IMG/VR virus record: IMGVR_UViG_3300011008_000026 | Coordinates: 30,501-94,500 of that record | Reading direction: 5' to 3' (one strand) | Source: a virus | Lineage: Duplodnaviria; Caudoviricetes | DNA: 64,000 nucleotides | Shown: one piece after another, positions 25,331 through 34,257 of the stretch | Layout: each line of letters opens with the position of its first letter | Numbering within the stretch: the first letter of the stretch is position 1 | The notes under the pieces: generated by a model | What the model was told of the DNA's origin: nothing | The model's database searches: none | What the model saw: only the letters and a program-made list of their open reading frames with translations | Position numbers and translations under genes: made by a program

Positions 25331-25359
25331 TTGACAAAAAGGAATTTATCTGGCATAAT
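25331..25359 (+). promoter_or_regulatory. SigmaA-type promoter
   Basis: TTGACA-17 nt-CATAAT with an extended TG. Confidence 0.6.
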
Positions 25360-25388
25360 CCTGCATTATGCTACGATTGGAGGATTTC

Positions 25389-25625
25389 ATGAACGGATTG
25401 ATTTGCCCGGAATGCAACGAAGACAAGCACGTACCGAAATACGAAATGGACGGCCTTTATGTTTGCCAGTCCTGCGGCAAGGTGCTGGGTTATCTGTGCC
25501 GTGGATGCGACAAGGTGTATCTGCAAAACAGGCTCGGAAAACACGGCGACGTCTGGGAGTGTAAACTCTGCGGTCAAATCCAGTGGGGATATACGGAATA
25601 CAAGAGAAGCAAGGCGGAAGGATAA
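25389..25625 (+). CDS. Small zinc-ribbon protein (4 CxxC)
   Basis: ATG after GGAGG; CPEC, CQSC, CRGC, CKLC. Confidence 0.75.
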   Translation: MNGLICPECNEDKHVPKYEMDGLYVCQSCGKVLGYLCRGCDKVYLQNRLGKHGDVWECKLCGQIQWGYTEYKRSKAEG

Positions 25626-25642
25626 AACCTTCCGCCTTGCTT
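25607..25642. terminator. Hairpin between convergent genes
   Basis: AGCAAGGCGGAAGG-ataaaa-CCTTCCGCCTTGCT. Confidence 0.55.
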
Positions 25643-25653
25643 CGTCTATGGCG

Positions 25654-26016
25654 TCATTTCATGGGGATAACATTATCTTCTTCATGTGTCGGTCTGAAAA
25701 ATTCAAGGATCTTCTTCATGTAATCTGCTTCTTCTTCAAGCATGGCTGGTTCCACCGTGGTTGAAATCATGTCATAAAGCCAGTTAATAACCGCATTCTT
25801 CTTGGACTCTGTGGCATTTCTTCTTTCAACTTCCAGCTTGAGAATATCTTCTACGTCGTACCATCCGGAAAGATAACTGTCTTCCAGATCTTCCAGATCT
25901 CCAAGTCCTTCCCGATACAGCATGTCCTGCCATTCAGGTTCCAGATACCAAACACCATTGTCGGCCTGTTGTACAGTCAGGTCTTTTGCCTTTAAAATAA
26001 AGTTTGAATATAACAT
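25654..26016 (-). CDS. Hypothetical protein
   Basis: ATG 26016 after AAGGAG; acidic, 120 aa. Confidence 0.65.
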   Translation of the reverse strand: MLYSNFILKAKDLTVQQADNGVWYLEPEWQDMLYREGLGDLEDLEDSYLSGWYDVEDILKLEVERRNATESKKNAVINWLYDMISTTVEPAMLEEEADYMKKILEFFRPTHEEDNVIPMK

Positions 26017-26026
26017 TTTGATCTCC

Positions 26027-26185
26027 TTACATAATCTTAACAATCAGCCCTTCTTGATAACCGTAATCACTTGCATAGTAAAGTTCTTCTCGAATCAGAA
26101 CTTCTTCAGCTTCGCCTGAGTTCACCACAACCGGAAGATCGTAGGGCATTTCTTCCAGTAATTCGATAAGATCTCTTACTGTCAC
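26027..26185 (-). CDS. Small hypothetical protein (52 aa)
   Basis: GTG after AAGGAG; MTVRDLIELLEEMPYDLPVVV...; fills the gap between its neighbours. Confidence 0.65.
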   Translation of the reverse strand: MTVRDLIELLEEMPYDLPVVVNSGEAEEVLIREELYYASDYGYQEGLIVKIM

Positions 26186-26190
26186 AAGGA

Positions 26191-26661
26191 TCACTCCTTG
26201 CGACGTTTAAAGAACTTTGGCTTCTGTTCAGGCACAACACCCAGAACAACTGTCGGCTCTTCAAGCTTCTTCAATGCTTCGTCAATTTCTTTGTTGGTAA
26301 TGGGCGTTCCTTCCAGTACGGAATCAATAACTTTCTCGTCGGCCTTTTCTTCAGCCGCAGGCTCTGCTTCAACTGCCTTCGGCGCATCGTCAGCCGAATA
26401 GGGGTTTGCCGCTTCTAATTGAGCCAGCTCTTTAATAAATCTTTCCATCCGGACTCTGGAAACCCGATAGTCGATTCCGCCCTTATTCCACTTCTGGAGG
26501 GCTCTCTTCGCCTTAAAGAAAAGTCCATGTTCCAGAGTATCGCTCTTAAAGGGATTTGTGTCCTCTTTTCCGAGCCATTCGACCGCAATGCCGACGGCTT
26601 CATTTTCCTTGTTATTCTTATGGTAGTCCATAAAAGAATCATATAATTCTCTGCAATCCAT
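26191..26661 (-). CDS. Hypothetical protein
   Basis: ORF with RBS GAAAGGAG, in the operon. Confidence 0.7.
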   Translation of the reverse strand: MDCRELYDSFMDYHKNNKENEAVGIAVEWLGKEDTNPFKSDTLEHGLFFKAKRALQKWNKGGIDYRVSRVRMERFIKELAQLEAANPYSADDAPKAVEAEPAAEEKADEKVIDSVLEGTPITNKEIDEALKKLEEPTVVLGVVPEQKPKFFKRRKE

Positions 26662-26686
26662 GTTGGTTCTCCTTTCGTGTTATATA

Positions 26687-27075
26687 TCAACCAAGATAGT
26701 CTTCGAACCAGCTCGTGTCTCCAAGCTGATCCTGAACCTTCTTCATTTGCTGTTCCTTTGACCCGGACTTGATAACTGTCATACTGCTTGGCATTGCCAT
26801 CAGTACAGATGCGCTGTTGGAAGTGCTCGGCTTCGTCAGCGGGTTAGCCTGGTCAACCATTCTGTTAATGCTTTCTCCGGCCTTCTTGTCCAAGACAGTC
26901 CGGCCAAGCATATTGATAACAGTTTCATAGTTCAGCTTCTTTCCAAGTGCGTCCAGCACACTCTGGAAAAAGACATATGTCATATGGTTTATTTTCTCTT
27001 CGTCGACTTCGCCCAAGTGAACCGCTACTGCGGCAACCGCTTCATCCAGATTTAACGACTCCCTTGGGCTTGCTG
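26687..27075 (-). CDS. Tail assembly chaperone, frameshift extension (lambda gpT-like)
   Basis: The -1 frame is open from slippery A AAA AAT (27076-27082) through SASPRESLNLDEAVAAVAVHLGEVDEEK to the stop at 26687. Confidence 0.7.
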
Positions 27076-27666
27076 ATTTTTTCTTGCTTGTTCCTCTTTT
27101 TCGTCGATATGATTAATTCGACCGAAGATCTTCACAATCCGGTCAACATCGTCGGCAGTCATTTCATCATAATGATCCCGAACGAACTCCGAACTGTCGA
27201 AGACAGCAACAAGAAAATCGTACAGCATCTCATCAGGACTGCGGTTTCCCAGCACGCCCTTTTGATAAGTGAAAAACGTAGTAAGAGGGATGGCTTTGAT
27301 AAAGTTATACGAAGACACAGCCTGATTTCTGAAATATCTGAGCTGAGTCGGCTTGATCTCGATTGGCTCGTTCTTAATAAAAACAACGTTCTCCATATTC
27401 AGTCCGGACGGTAGCTCTGTCTTCTGAGGAGTTTCTTCCGGAGTATTTTCAACAAATGGAGTCTCTTCCGGAGCTCCCTTCATGACCGGGGATGCTTCCG
27501 GAGTCTTATCAATTGCATCGCTCTGTGTTGGTTTTGTTTCCAGCTGAGAAGTCTCTTTCGGGACTTCTTCATTCAGAGGAAGATTATCAGGCAGAGCAGA
27601 TACAGGTTCGGTTTCCTTCGGAACATCCTTCCTGAGTCTCGTAGGAAACGGGATTTGCTTTGGCAT
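27052..27666 (-). CDS. Tail assembly chaperone (lambda gpG-like)
   Basis: ATG 27666 after GAAGGGAGAAGG; follows the major tail gene; slippery heptamer near its 3' end. Confidence 0.7.
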   Translation of the reverse strand: MPKQIPFPTRLRKDVPKETEPVSALPDNLPLNEEVPKETSQLETKPTQSDAIDKTPEASPVMKGAPEETPFVENTPEETPQKTELPSGLNMENVVFIKNEPIEIKPTQLRYFRNQAVSSYNFIKAIPLTTFFTYQKGVLGNRSPDEMLYDFLVAVFDSSEFVRDHYDEMTADDVDRIVKIFGRINHIDEKEEQARKNQQAQGSR

Positions 27667-27720
27667 TGTTCCTTCTCCCTTCAAATATATAATGCTTTTG
27701 TGTGGGCGCAAAAGCAAATA

Positions 27721-27752
27721 AAAAGGGGATACCGTTATTCGCGGTATCCCCT
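27721..27752 (-). terminator. Intrinsic terminator after the major tail gene
   Basis: AGGGGATACCG-loop-CGGTATCCCC followed by TTTT on the minus strand. Confidence 0.6.
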
Positions 27753-27876
27753 GAATGTGCATTGGAACGTCTTCCCTTACAGGAATCCGTTTATCACACA
27801 TAAAACACGTATGAATACGTGCGTGATAATATCTCCGCTAATAACCTTTTTAAACCTTATATAACCAAGATATTAA

Positions 27877-30800
27877 TCATCCATTCTGCTTTGCTTTTTC
27901 AATGTAAGCAGTGCTGTAGCAGCCGCCGTCGTTCCGCTTCGCATCCCAAAATATGTTCAGCATGAGTCGTTAATTCATGCCCGCTCTGTTTTGAGCAGCT
28001 CTATGTCACCATAGAAGTTCAGACTATATCACGAACTCTCTTAAAGAGTCCCTCTTCATTTCGGGCCACTTGGCCCTACTCTACTCACTCGATTTTAATC
28101 GGCTTTCGATAGTCGTTAGGCTTTTATTCACACACACGTTCAAATTTAAAACCTTTGCAAAGTCTGTTTTCCTTAATTGATGCAAAAATAGCTTCTGAAG
28201 AACATCCCACAGATCGTCCTGCAGCCGCACCACTACGAAACACTTCCCCAGTGTCGATATTACGAACAGCAACATGCATGGAGTTTAGATTACCTTTACG
28301 TGCCTCTGAAAATTTAGCTTTTTGCAATTCTGTTAAAGGCCCCGTTTTTAATCCTTTATTCCACGCTCTCTGTCCCATGTGCCCTTCAGATAGATGTTTT
28401 CGATATTCTTCAGATCTATGTTGTGCATTATATTTCATTTTCTGTTTTGTTTCTTCAGCCATTATTGAGCCGTAATGAGCTGGTTCTGAATCATACAAAT
28501 TATATCCGTATTCTTGTTTATTTGAATGAAATGATTGAATGTAACATTTTTCAAGCTCGATACTTTCCTCGTAAGTCAAGTTATCTGCAAGAATTTCTAA
28601 TGTGAAATTATTCCATCCGTATTTGCAAATAGCATGCCAAAACTTTGTACATTCTTTATAGTTGTTTCCATTTTTACCAGCTCTGTTTTTAATCGTTTGC
28701 ATAGTTCTTCCTATATACACCTTATTGTTTATTACATTGGTGTATTTATAAACCACATTCTTTTTCATCGAATCTCCTTTGTGTAATTTTATGTGTGTGA
28801 AATTTAGCACGGGATTGTCTCTTCTCCTCCCCATTATGGTATTTTTCGAATGCGGAGAATTATATTTTATCAAATACAAATACAGAGAGTTTCCCCGTTT
28901 AGAAGAGTTTTTCAATGCCTCTCGCAAGGCAAAGCCTCAGATAAATATTTAAGGCAGTAAGTGTCAGCTGGAAGCTGGCAGCGCTCTTATCTTAAATGAT
29001 AAAAGTCATTTTGTTTATTCACTATTGTTCGCTACGCAATAGCCGCTTTCGCAGCTGCATGTCACCATGCAGAATAGACTATATCTTCACCCTGTAAAAC
29101 AGGGGCTCTTCTTTTCGGATCGCTTGATCCTACTCTACTCGCTTCTTCAGGCTTTCGCCCTATGCTTTCGATAGTCGTTAGGCATTTACAAGCATTCGCT
29201 TGATTTAGCACGGGATTGTCTGCTTGAGAGTTTCCCCGTTTAGAAGAGTTTGTTCATGCTTATTACTAAGCAGCCTCCCTAAGAGTCGCTAAGGAGGTAT
29301 CGAAGCCGGGAGCGGTTGTAATCCGAGCCCGGAAGACCTTAACCACATAGTAGCCGATAATATCGGACTCTGTGCAGTCATCGCCGTTGCCATACACCGG
29401 CCAAATGCAAGCAGCCTGTCCAATAGCAGAGCTCTTGTTGTCGATGATGGCTTCCATGGCTTCCTGCTCATAATCGTACACGACCTCGATGATCTTCAGA
29501 TTATCCGCAGCGGCAAAGGTGATCACGGTCTTCTGCTCATCACCCGTGCCAGAGGTTGCAACCTTATACTCACCTGCGCTGGGAGTAGTCTCGGTTGTCT
29601 CTTCCATGCCGGAAATGTAGATGGTTCCATCCACGGCCACATGGTCCAGTGTGACGGTGTGGTCATTCTTCACTTCATAGCGCTCGGAAGTCGCCAGTGT
29701 GTACGTCTCTTCTCCGTCGCCACCGCGATGAACATAGTCAACACGGTTCGCCATGGAGAACAGTTCGGCATCAAATTGACCACTCGTAATTGTCATCTCG
29801 AAAGAAGACTGTCCGGGCAGCACAGCCACAGGATACATGCTCCAACCCGCGTTAATAGGGGTTGTTTCAATGTTGGGGGTAACAGTCGCGGCAGTCAGCT
29901 CATCGAACGCGAAACGCTTACCGTCGCAGCGATCGAAGATGACCTTCGGCACGTCGGCGATATCATTATATGTTCAATGCAATTCGCTAGATTGCATCCG
30001 TCTTTCGACAGCTATATGTCTCCATATAGATCAGATCATATCTTCACCCTAAATAATAGGGGCACACCGTTTCAGCCCGCTTGGGCTTACGTCTTTCGAC
30101 TGATCGTTAGGCTTTTAAACATATTTCCAATGAGGGCCACGGTTTCTTGAAGGAGCATTCAAATGATTTCTGCGAGCTGAATTACCAATCTGCCCAACAG
30201 TCCAACCTGTCTTTTCAGAAGCTTCAGCAACAGATGCATAGATAAAGCCTGTTTCAATACACATTACTTTTCTTCCTCTGGCAAGTCTGTTGCCTCTGCT
30301 AATCGCGGCCTTTGTTTCATCGCTTTGTCGTGTTCCTCTGTGAGCAGCAGCAGTCTTTTCTATTGCTTCTCGTGTAATAACCTGCCTTGCTCTTGCTTCT
30401 TTGATTTTTCTTCTTGCTTCATCAGATCTTGGCCCTTGATTTACACCGCCAGGTTCTTGGTTATAACCGTTATCAATTGTGTCGAACAATTTAATAAGCA
30501 AAGATTCTGTATGGCTTGCTTCTTGTTGTGTAAGATTTTTTGCAAAAATAAAATGTTCAAATGAATTCCATCCGTATTTCTGAATAGCGTGATAGAACTT
30601 TACACAACCACGATAATTTATTCCTTTTGAACCCCAGCGATGTTTTGGATACTGTTCAGATGTAACACCAACATACATTTTGCCATTTGCTTTATTAATG
30701 TGCACATAAACAGTCCATTTTCCATTTTCAATTACCATAATATATCTCCTTGTCTTTTTGTTTCTCCATTATGGTATTTTCGAATGCGAAGAAATAGATT

Positions 30801-30959
30801 TTATAATATATGGAAATATGTTATTTAGCACGGTAGGTTGTCGATAAAAGAGTGCCGTTCTTTTACAGACTTTCCCCGTTTAAGTGTGATTTTGACATGC
30901 ATTGCTGCATGAAAGAGCTATTTTGCTAACCCTCTGAATTTTGCAACATACGTAGCCAT
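27877..30959 (-). CDS. Major tail (tube) protein, 270 aa, four exons: 30959-30929, 29963-29292, 28990-28951, 27946-27877
   Basis: Spliced reading MATYVAKFRGYIADVPKVIF...APGFDTSYKSAASFQLTLTALDAKRNDGGCYSTAYIEKAKQNG; exon lengths 31+672+40+70=813 nt; position between head-tail genes and chaperones. Confidence 0.85.
28124..28768 (-). CDS. GIY-YIG homing endonuclease with NUMOD3/NUMOD1-like tail
   Basis: MKKNVVYKYTNVINNKVYIGRT...GYN...WNKG...VRNIDTGEVFRS; RBS AAAGGAG. Confidence 0.85.
   Translation of the reverse strand: MKKNVVYKYTNVINNKVYIGRTMQTIKNRAGKNGNNYKECTKFWHAICKYGWNNFTLEILADNLTYEESIELEKCYIQSFHSNKQEYGYNLYDSEPAHYGSIMAEETKQKMKYNAQHRSEEYRKHLSEGHMGQRAWNKGLKTGPLTELQKAKFSEARKGNLNSMHVAVRNIDTGEVFRSGAAAGRSVGCSSEAIFASIKENRLCKGFKFERVCE
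28824..28860 (-). promoter_or_regulatory. Phage-specific promoter-like motif copy 3
   Basis: TTCTCCGCATTCGAAAAATACCATAATGGGGAG, in intron 3 upstream of the HEG. Confidence 0.65.
28991..29291 (-). mobile_element. Group I intron 2 of the major tail gene (301 nt, no ORF)
   Basis: P1 CCUCCU/GGGAGG; IGS CTCTTA pairs with exon TAAGAG; core AAACGGGGAAA, CCCGTGCTAAAT, CCTAACGACTA, AAGATATAGTCT; terminal G at 28991. Confidence 0.9.
30115..30738 (-). CDS. GIY-YIG homing endonuclease
   Basis: WTVYVHINKANGKMYVGVTS...GYN...KVMCIETGFIYASV. Confidence 0.85.
   Translation of the reverse strand: MVIENGKWTVYVHINKANGKMYVGVTSEQYPKHRWGSKGINYRGCVKFYHAIQKYGWNSFEHFIFAKNLTQQEASHTESLLIKLFDTIDNGYNQEPGGVNQGPRSDEARRKIKEARARQVITREAIEKTAAAHRGTRQSDETKAAISRGNRLARGRKVMCIETGFIYASVAEASEKTGWTVGQIGNSARRNHLNAPSRNRGPHWKYV
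30761..30794 (-). promoter_or_regulatory. Phage-specific promoter-like motif copy 4
   Basis: TTCTTCGCATTCGAAAATACCATAATGGAGAAA just upstream of the HEG RBS. Confidence 0.65.
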
Positions 30960-31124
30960 AATTCATGGCCTCCTTTTATGTTTATTCATATCGAGCCGCT
31001 GTGCTTCTCCCACAAGCAATGCGACCTGATATACCAAAACTGAGGCCTTCAAATACCCTTTGCTGTTCACCCGCAGCTCGGGGAGAAAGTATTTAGAATC
31101 CGCCCTTGTCTCAGGCGGAGAAAG

Positions 31125-31589
31125 TCAATAGACCTTCATGTAATAAAAAGCAATGGTATACCTTGAATACCCTGACGTTCTTGTTCCGAGATCCCAGTCT
31201 CCCGCAATCCAGAACCGATATCCGGTCTCTGCCAGATAGCGTTCCTTTGTCAGAAGATAATTCAGCCGTTCCGCAATCAGGTGCGTTCTCAGCTGAAGTC
31301 CGTCATCTCCGACATTGCGCAGTTCGTCTGTCTTCACATAGATATCGAACGTCATCATATTTCGTTTTACATTGGAAACAGGTGTATCCGTTCCCTGTAT
31401 GTCCGAGTAGACAACACGGCATACTTCATCTGTAAGTAACTTGTTGGTATACCCTGCCCGAATAAAGTAATTATCCGTAAACTGTATAACTCCGGTTTTA
31501 GCTGGAATTTTCATCAGTTGTTTCAGCTCATAATCCTTGAAGATTACAGTACGGATAATTCTATTCCAGTTATTTATCCATCCAAGCAT
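31125..31589 (-). CDS. Putative tail terminator / tail completion protein
   Basis: Position just before the major tail gene; size; MTFDIYV beta-strand pattern. Confidence 0.55.
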   Translation of the reverse strand: MLGWINNWNRIIRTVIFKDYELKQLMKIPAKTGVIQFTDNYFIRAGYTNKLLTDEVCRVVYSDIQGTDTPVSNVKRNMMTFDIYVKTDELRNVGDDGLQLRTHLIAERLNYLLTKERYLAETGYRFWIAGDWDLGTRTSGYSRYTIAFYYMKVY

Positions 31590-32164
31590 TATGAACCTCC
31601 TATGGCATTATGTATTCTTGACTGAAGTTCCTGCTTTGCCAGCTTCTTGATTTCAACCTTTGTCTCTTCAAGCTTTTCCATAAAGAAATCATGAAATAAA
31701 CTCTTCAGCATGGTTTTGATTTCATTGATAACGCCGGTACCTTCTTTGGAAAAGTCCGGTCTTCCATCGCTTCCATCAAGAGGTTTCCCGTATGCGCTGA
31801 GAGGAGCCAGTGATTTATATGTAGAACCGTCCGGCCTATGAGCCGTTCCGTTATCTCCGCCTACGAGAGGAGCAGGCATACCTGCGTCTACGATTTCCAG
31901 AAATCCTCCGGGATCACGTTCATACATATAGAACATTAAAGAGAACTGGCCGTCAGATTGTTTAATTTCACATCGGAAGGACTCCGCAATAGCATCCATT
32001 TCAGCCCATTCAGCTTCGGCTGCCCAGTCACCTTCCCCCGGTGCGGGTACTTCTGACTTGTAGACGAGGAATCTGGCCCTGCCAAGACTTTCGGCAAGGG
32101 AAACAAAATTGTTCAGCTTCCCGGCCAGAATGCTTGTGGCGTCACTTCTTATACTCAATGCCAC
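31589..32164 (-). CDS. Putative neck / tail completion protein
   Basis: Synteny; overlaps both neighbours. Confidence 0.5.
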   Translation of the reverse strand: MALSIRSDATSILAGKLNNFVSLAESLGRARFLVYKSEVPAPGEGDWAAEAEWAEMDAIAESFRCEIKQSDGQFSLMFYMYERDPGGFLEIVDAGMPAPLVGGDNGTAHRPDGSTYKSLAPLSAYGKPLDGSDGRPDFSKEGTGVINEIKTMLKSLFHDFFMEKLEETKVEIKKLAKQELQSRIHNAIGGS

Positions 32165-32885
32165 CAGCCGCCTTCTTAGCCTGAATTTTCAAAGTCCCGA
32201 AGCTCTCTGTAATATCAATTCCCACGCGGCCTATATCCACGATTTCATACCATTCGTCCCCCCATTGGAAACGATCTCCAATGTGGATGTTCTTCGTATG
32301 CTTGTTGTACTGAACTGTGATCAGCGTTAAGGCGTTGGGAATAGAGCCCGGAGTTCCGGACACGGCCACAAATTCAGGACGCCCATCGTAACGATATGCA
32401 TTGCATGGAATAGACGGCACAACCGTTTTCCAGCCTTCTTCCAGCTTGTGGATCAGATAGCCGTCTTCGTCGTATTCCGCTTCCTGATTGCTGAATCGCT
32501 TGATTTCAAGATTCAGATTGCATCGTACAGCCCGGGAAGGAGCATTGTTGGTTTGAAGAGCAACAAACCAGTCCAGAACGAAAATTGTTCCGTCAGGCTG
32601 AATCAGCATGTCTCCTTTGCGAATTCCGCTGTCAACTGCCGCCCGGAAGTTCATGTTATTATCTGTGTTTTCATAGCGGCTCTTGGTAGAGTCCGCATAA
32701 ATTTCTCCACGGATTATACGCTCTTCATAATCTTCTTCAAATTGTGCGTACCAGTCCTGAATAACGACAAAGTCCATTACGGCATTGGGAACATCATGAT
32801 TCAGAAACTTTGTAAAGTCTGCGGCCAGTGTTCGCGGAACCTTGAACCGCATGCTCGATGCCGCAGGAACATAAGGAACAGACAT
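32142..32885 (-). CDS. Putative head closure / head-tail joining protein
   Basis: Synteny; two beta-rich IxxGD repeats (GIRKGDML, NIHIGDRF). Confidence 0.55.
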   Translation of the reverse strand: MSVPYVPAASSMRFKVPRTLAADFTKFLNHDVPNAVMDFVVIQDWYAQFEEDYEERIIRGEIYADSTKSRYENTDNNMNFRAAVDSGIRKGDMLIQPDGTIFVLDWFVALQTNNAPSRAVRCNLNLEIKRFSNQEAEYDEDGYLIHKLEEGWKTVVPSIPCNAYRYDGRPEFVAVSGTPGSIPNALTLITVQYNKHTKNIHIGDRFQWGDEWYEIVDIGRVGIDITESFGTLKIQAKKAAGGIEYKK

Positions 32886-32903
32886 CTGACCGCACCTTCT
32901 TTC

Positions 32904-33242
32904 TTAATTGAATAGGTTTGCAAAATACGTTCCGGCGTTCACTTCGTTAGGGGAGTGTCCGTCGTGCGTAAGAGTCTGGGGCAGACGCTTGATTGCGTTT
33001 GCCTGATCCAGTAACTTGTGACGAATCTTCCTGAACCGTTGTTTCAGGTCTTCGTCCCAGTCATCCTTTTGTTTATTCCCTGAAAACATATAAAAGGCGT
33101 CTTCAATATCCATGATGATGCGCTTCAGTTCCAGTTGAAGCATATCGGTATATTGAATAAAATCATATTCCTTTTCCACGATTGTTTCCAGGTTCTCGTT
33201 CTTAAATTCGATCTTCACTGTCCAATCGCTCATTTCCTTCAC
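32904..33242 (-). CDS. Hypothetical protein
   Basis: ORF in the operon. Confidence 0.6.
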   Translation of the reverse strand: MKEMSDWTVKIEFKNENLETIVEKEYDFIQYTDMLQLELKRIIMDIEDAFYMFSGNKQKDDWDEDLKQRFRKIRHKLLDQANAIKRLPQTLTHDGHSPNEVNAGTYFANLFN

Positions 33243-33245
33243 CCT

Positions 33246-33674
33246 TTACGACTCGCCAAGTGTATAGCGAATCATTTTATTGAAAACGATGCGGCGCTCA
33301 TGCTCAAGCTTTTCAATTTTGTCTTTCAGGTTTGCGTATGGCTTATCAGCGTTGGCAACAGAATATGCGTCTGTCGAGTAGCTGACCATATCGCTGTACT
33401 GAAGACTTACTATCTCGAAGAATTTTAATTGCGCCAGTATTTCAACGTAGCGTTCTTCTGTAACTGTAAAGTCCCGATCGTAGCACAATTCGCCTTCATC
33501 GTTGGTTGTCCAATATTCATAATGATATTCTTCCGGGTAGTTAATGTCGACAAAGAACTGTTTAACAGCCCGGACAACTATTTTGACATAGTCGTTTGCG
33601 GTAAATGTTTCAGGAGTTTCCTGCGCTACTGTTATCTCACTCAGTTCTTCTGCCATATCTGTGATATTCAGCAT
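33246..33674 (-). CDS. Putative head-tail adaptor
   Basis: Synteny; helical ~140-aa protein downstream of the capsid gene. Confidence 0.5.
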   Translation of the reverse strand: MLNITDMAEELSEITVAQETPETFTANDYVKIVVRAVKQFFVDINYPEEYHYEYWTTNDEGELCYDRDFTVTEERYVEILAQLKFFEIVSLQYSDMVSYSTDAYSVANADKPYANLKDKIEKLEHERRIVFNKMIRYTLGES

Positions 33675-33687
33675 AGGCGCTCACTCC

Positions 33688-34161
33688 TTATTCGTCTTCG
33701 TCGTCGTCGAGAATGTCACGGTTGGGAATCTTCGCCTGAATCAGCTTCAGCTTGCTTGCAGGCAGATCGATCTCCCTTTCTTTGATGACAAGCCTGACAG
33801 CATCAATCTCAGCCGGGTCTTCAATTTTCTTGAACCACGACTCAAAAGCCTTGTAGGGCTTCTTCAGATTGGCTTCGATCTCGTCGTCAGAATAATGCTT
33901 CTGATTCTCTGCGGCATAGGAATCGGTAAATCCGCCGATCTCTTCGAGAGTCAGTTCTTTGCCCGATTCATCTTTTGCGATGAACATACCGCTGGAGAAC
34001 ACCTTTTTGTTGTTGCATCTGCTTTCGATGTACAACACATCCCCCGCAGTCATGGGGACGAATTTGCCAGCCGGAATATTAACGCTGGCCCCGTTCATCA
34101 GCGTAGTGCCGATGTCATGCTTGCAGTTGTTGAACACAAGCACCCTCTTGCTACTGTCCAT
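33688..34161 (-). CDS. Hypothetical virion-module protein
   Basis: ORF with RBS, directly after the capsid gene. Confidence 0.65.
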   Translation of the reverse strand: MDSSKRVLVFNNCKHDIGTTLMNGASVNIPAGKFVPMTAGDVLYIESRCNNKKVFSSGMFIAKDESGKELTLEEIGGFTDSYAAENQKHYSDDEIEANLKKPYKAFESWFKKIEDPAEIDAVRLVIKEREIDLPASKLKLIQAKIPNRDILDDDEDE

Positions 34162-34185
34162 TTCCTTCTACCTTTCTTTTAAAAC

Positions 34186-34217
34186 AGGGGAAGCGGTTTT
34201 GAGCCGCTTCCCCTTTT
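34186..34217 (-). terminator. Terminator-like hairpin after the major capsid gene
   Basis: GGGGAAGCGG-loop-CCGCTTCCCC with T runs on both sides. Confidence 0.6.
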
Positions 34218-34257
34218 ATTTACCTCTCTGTTAGTACGAGCTAACACTTGGGCGGAA

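Larger units (their letters stand above)
27947..28950 (-). mobile_element. Group I intron 3 of the major tail gene (1004 nt) with a GIY-YIG ORF
   Basis: P1 GCCUU/GAGGC; core AAACGGGGAAA, CCCGTGCTAAAT, CCTAACGACTA, GATATAGTCT; terminal G at 27947. Confidence 0.85.
29964..30928 (-). mobile_element. Group I intron 1 of the major tail gene (965 nt) with a GIY-YIG ORF
   Basis: P1 AGAGGGU/GCUCUUU; core AAACGGGGAAA, CCGTGCTAAAT, CCTAACGATCA, AAGATATGATCT; terminal G at 29964. Confidence 0.85.
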
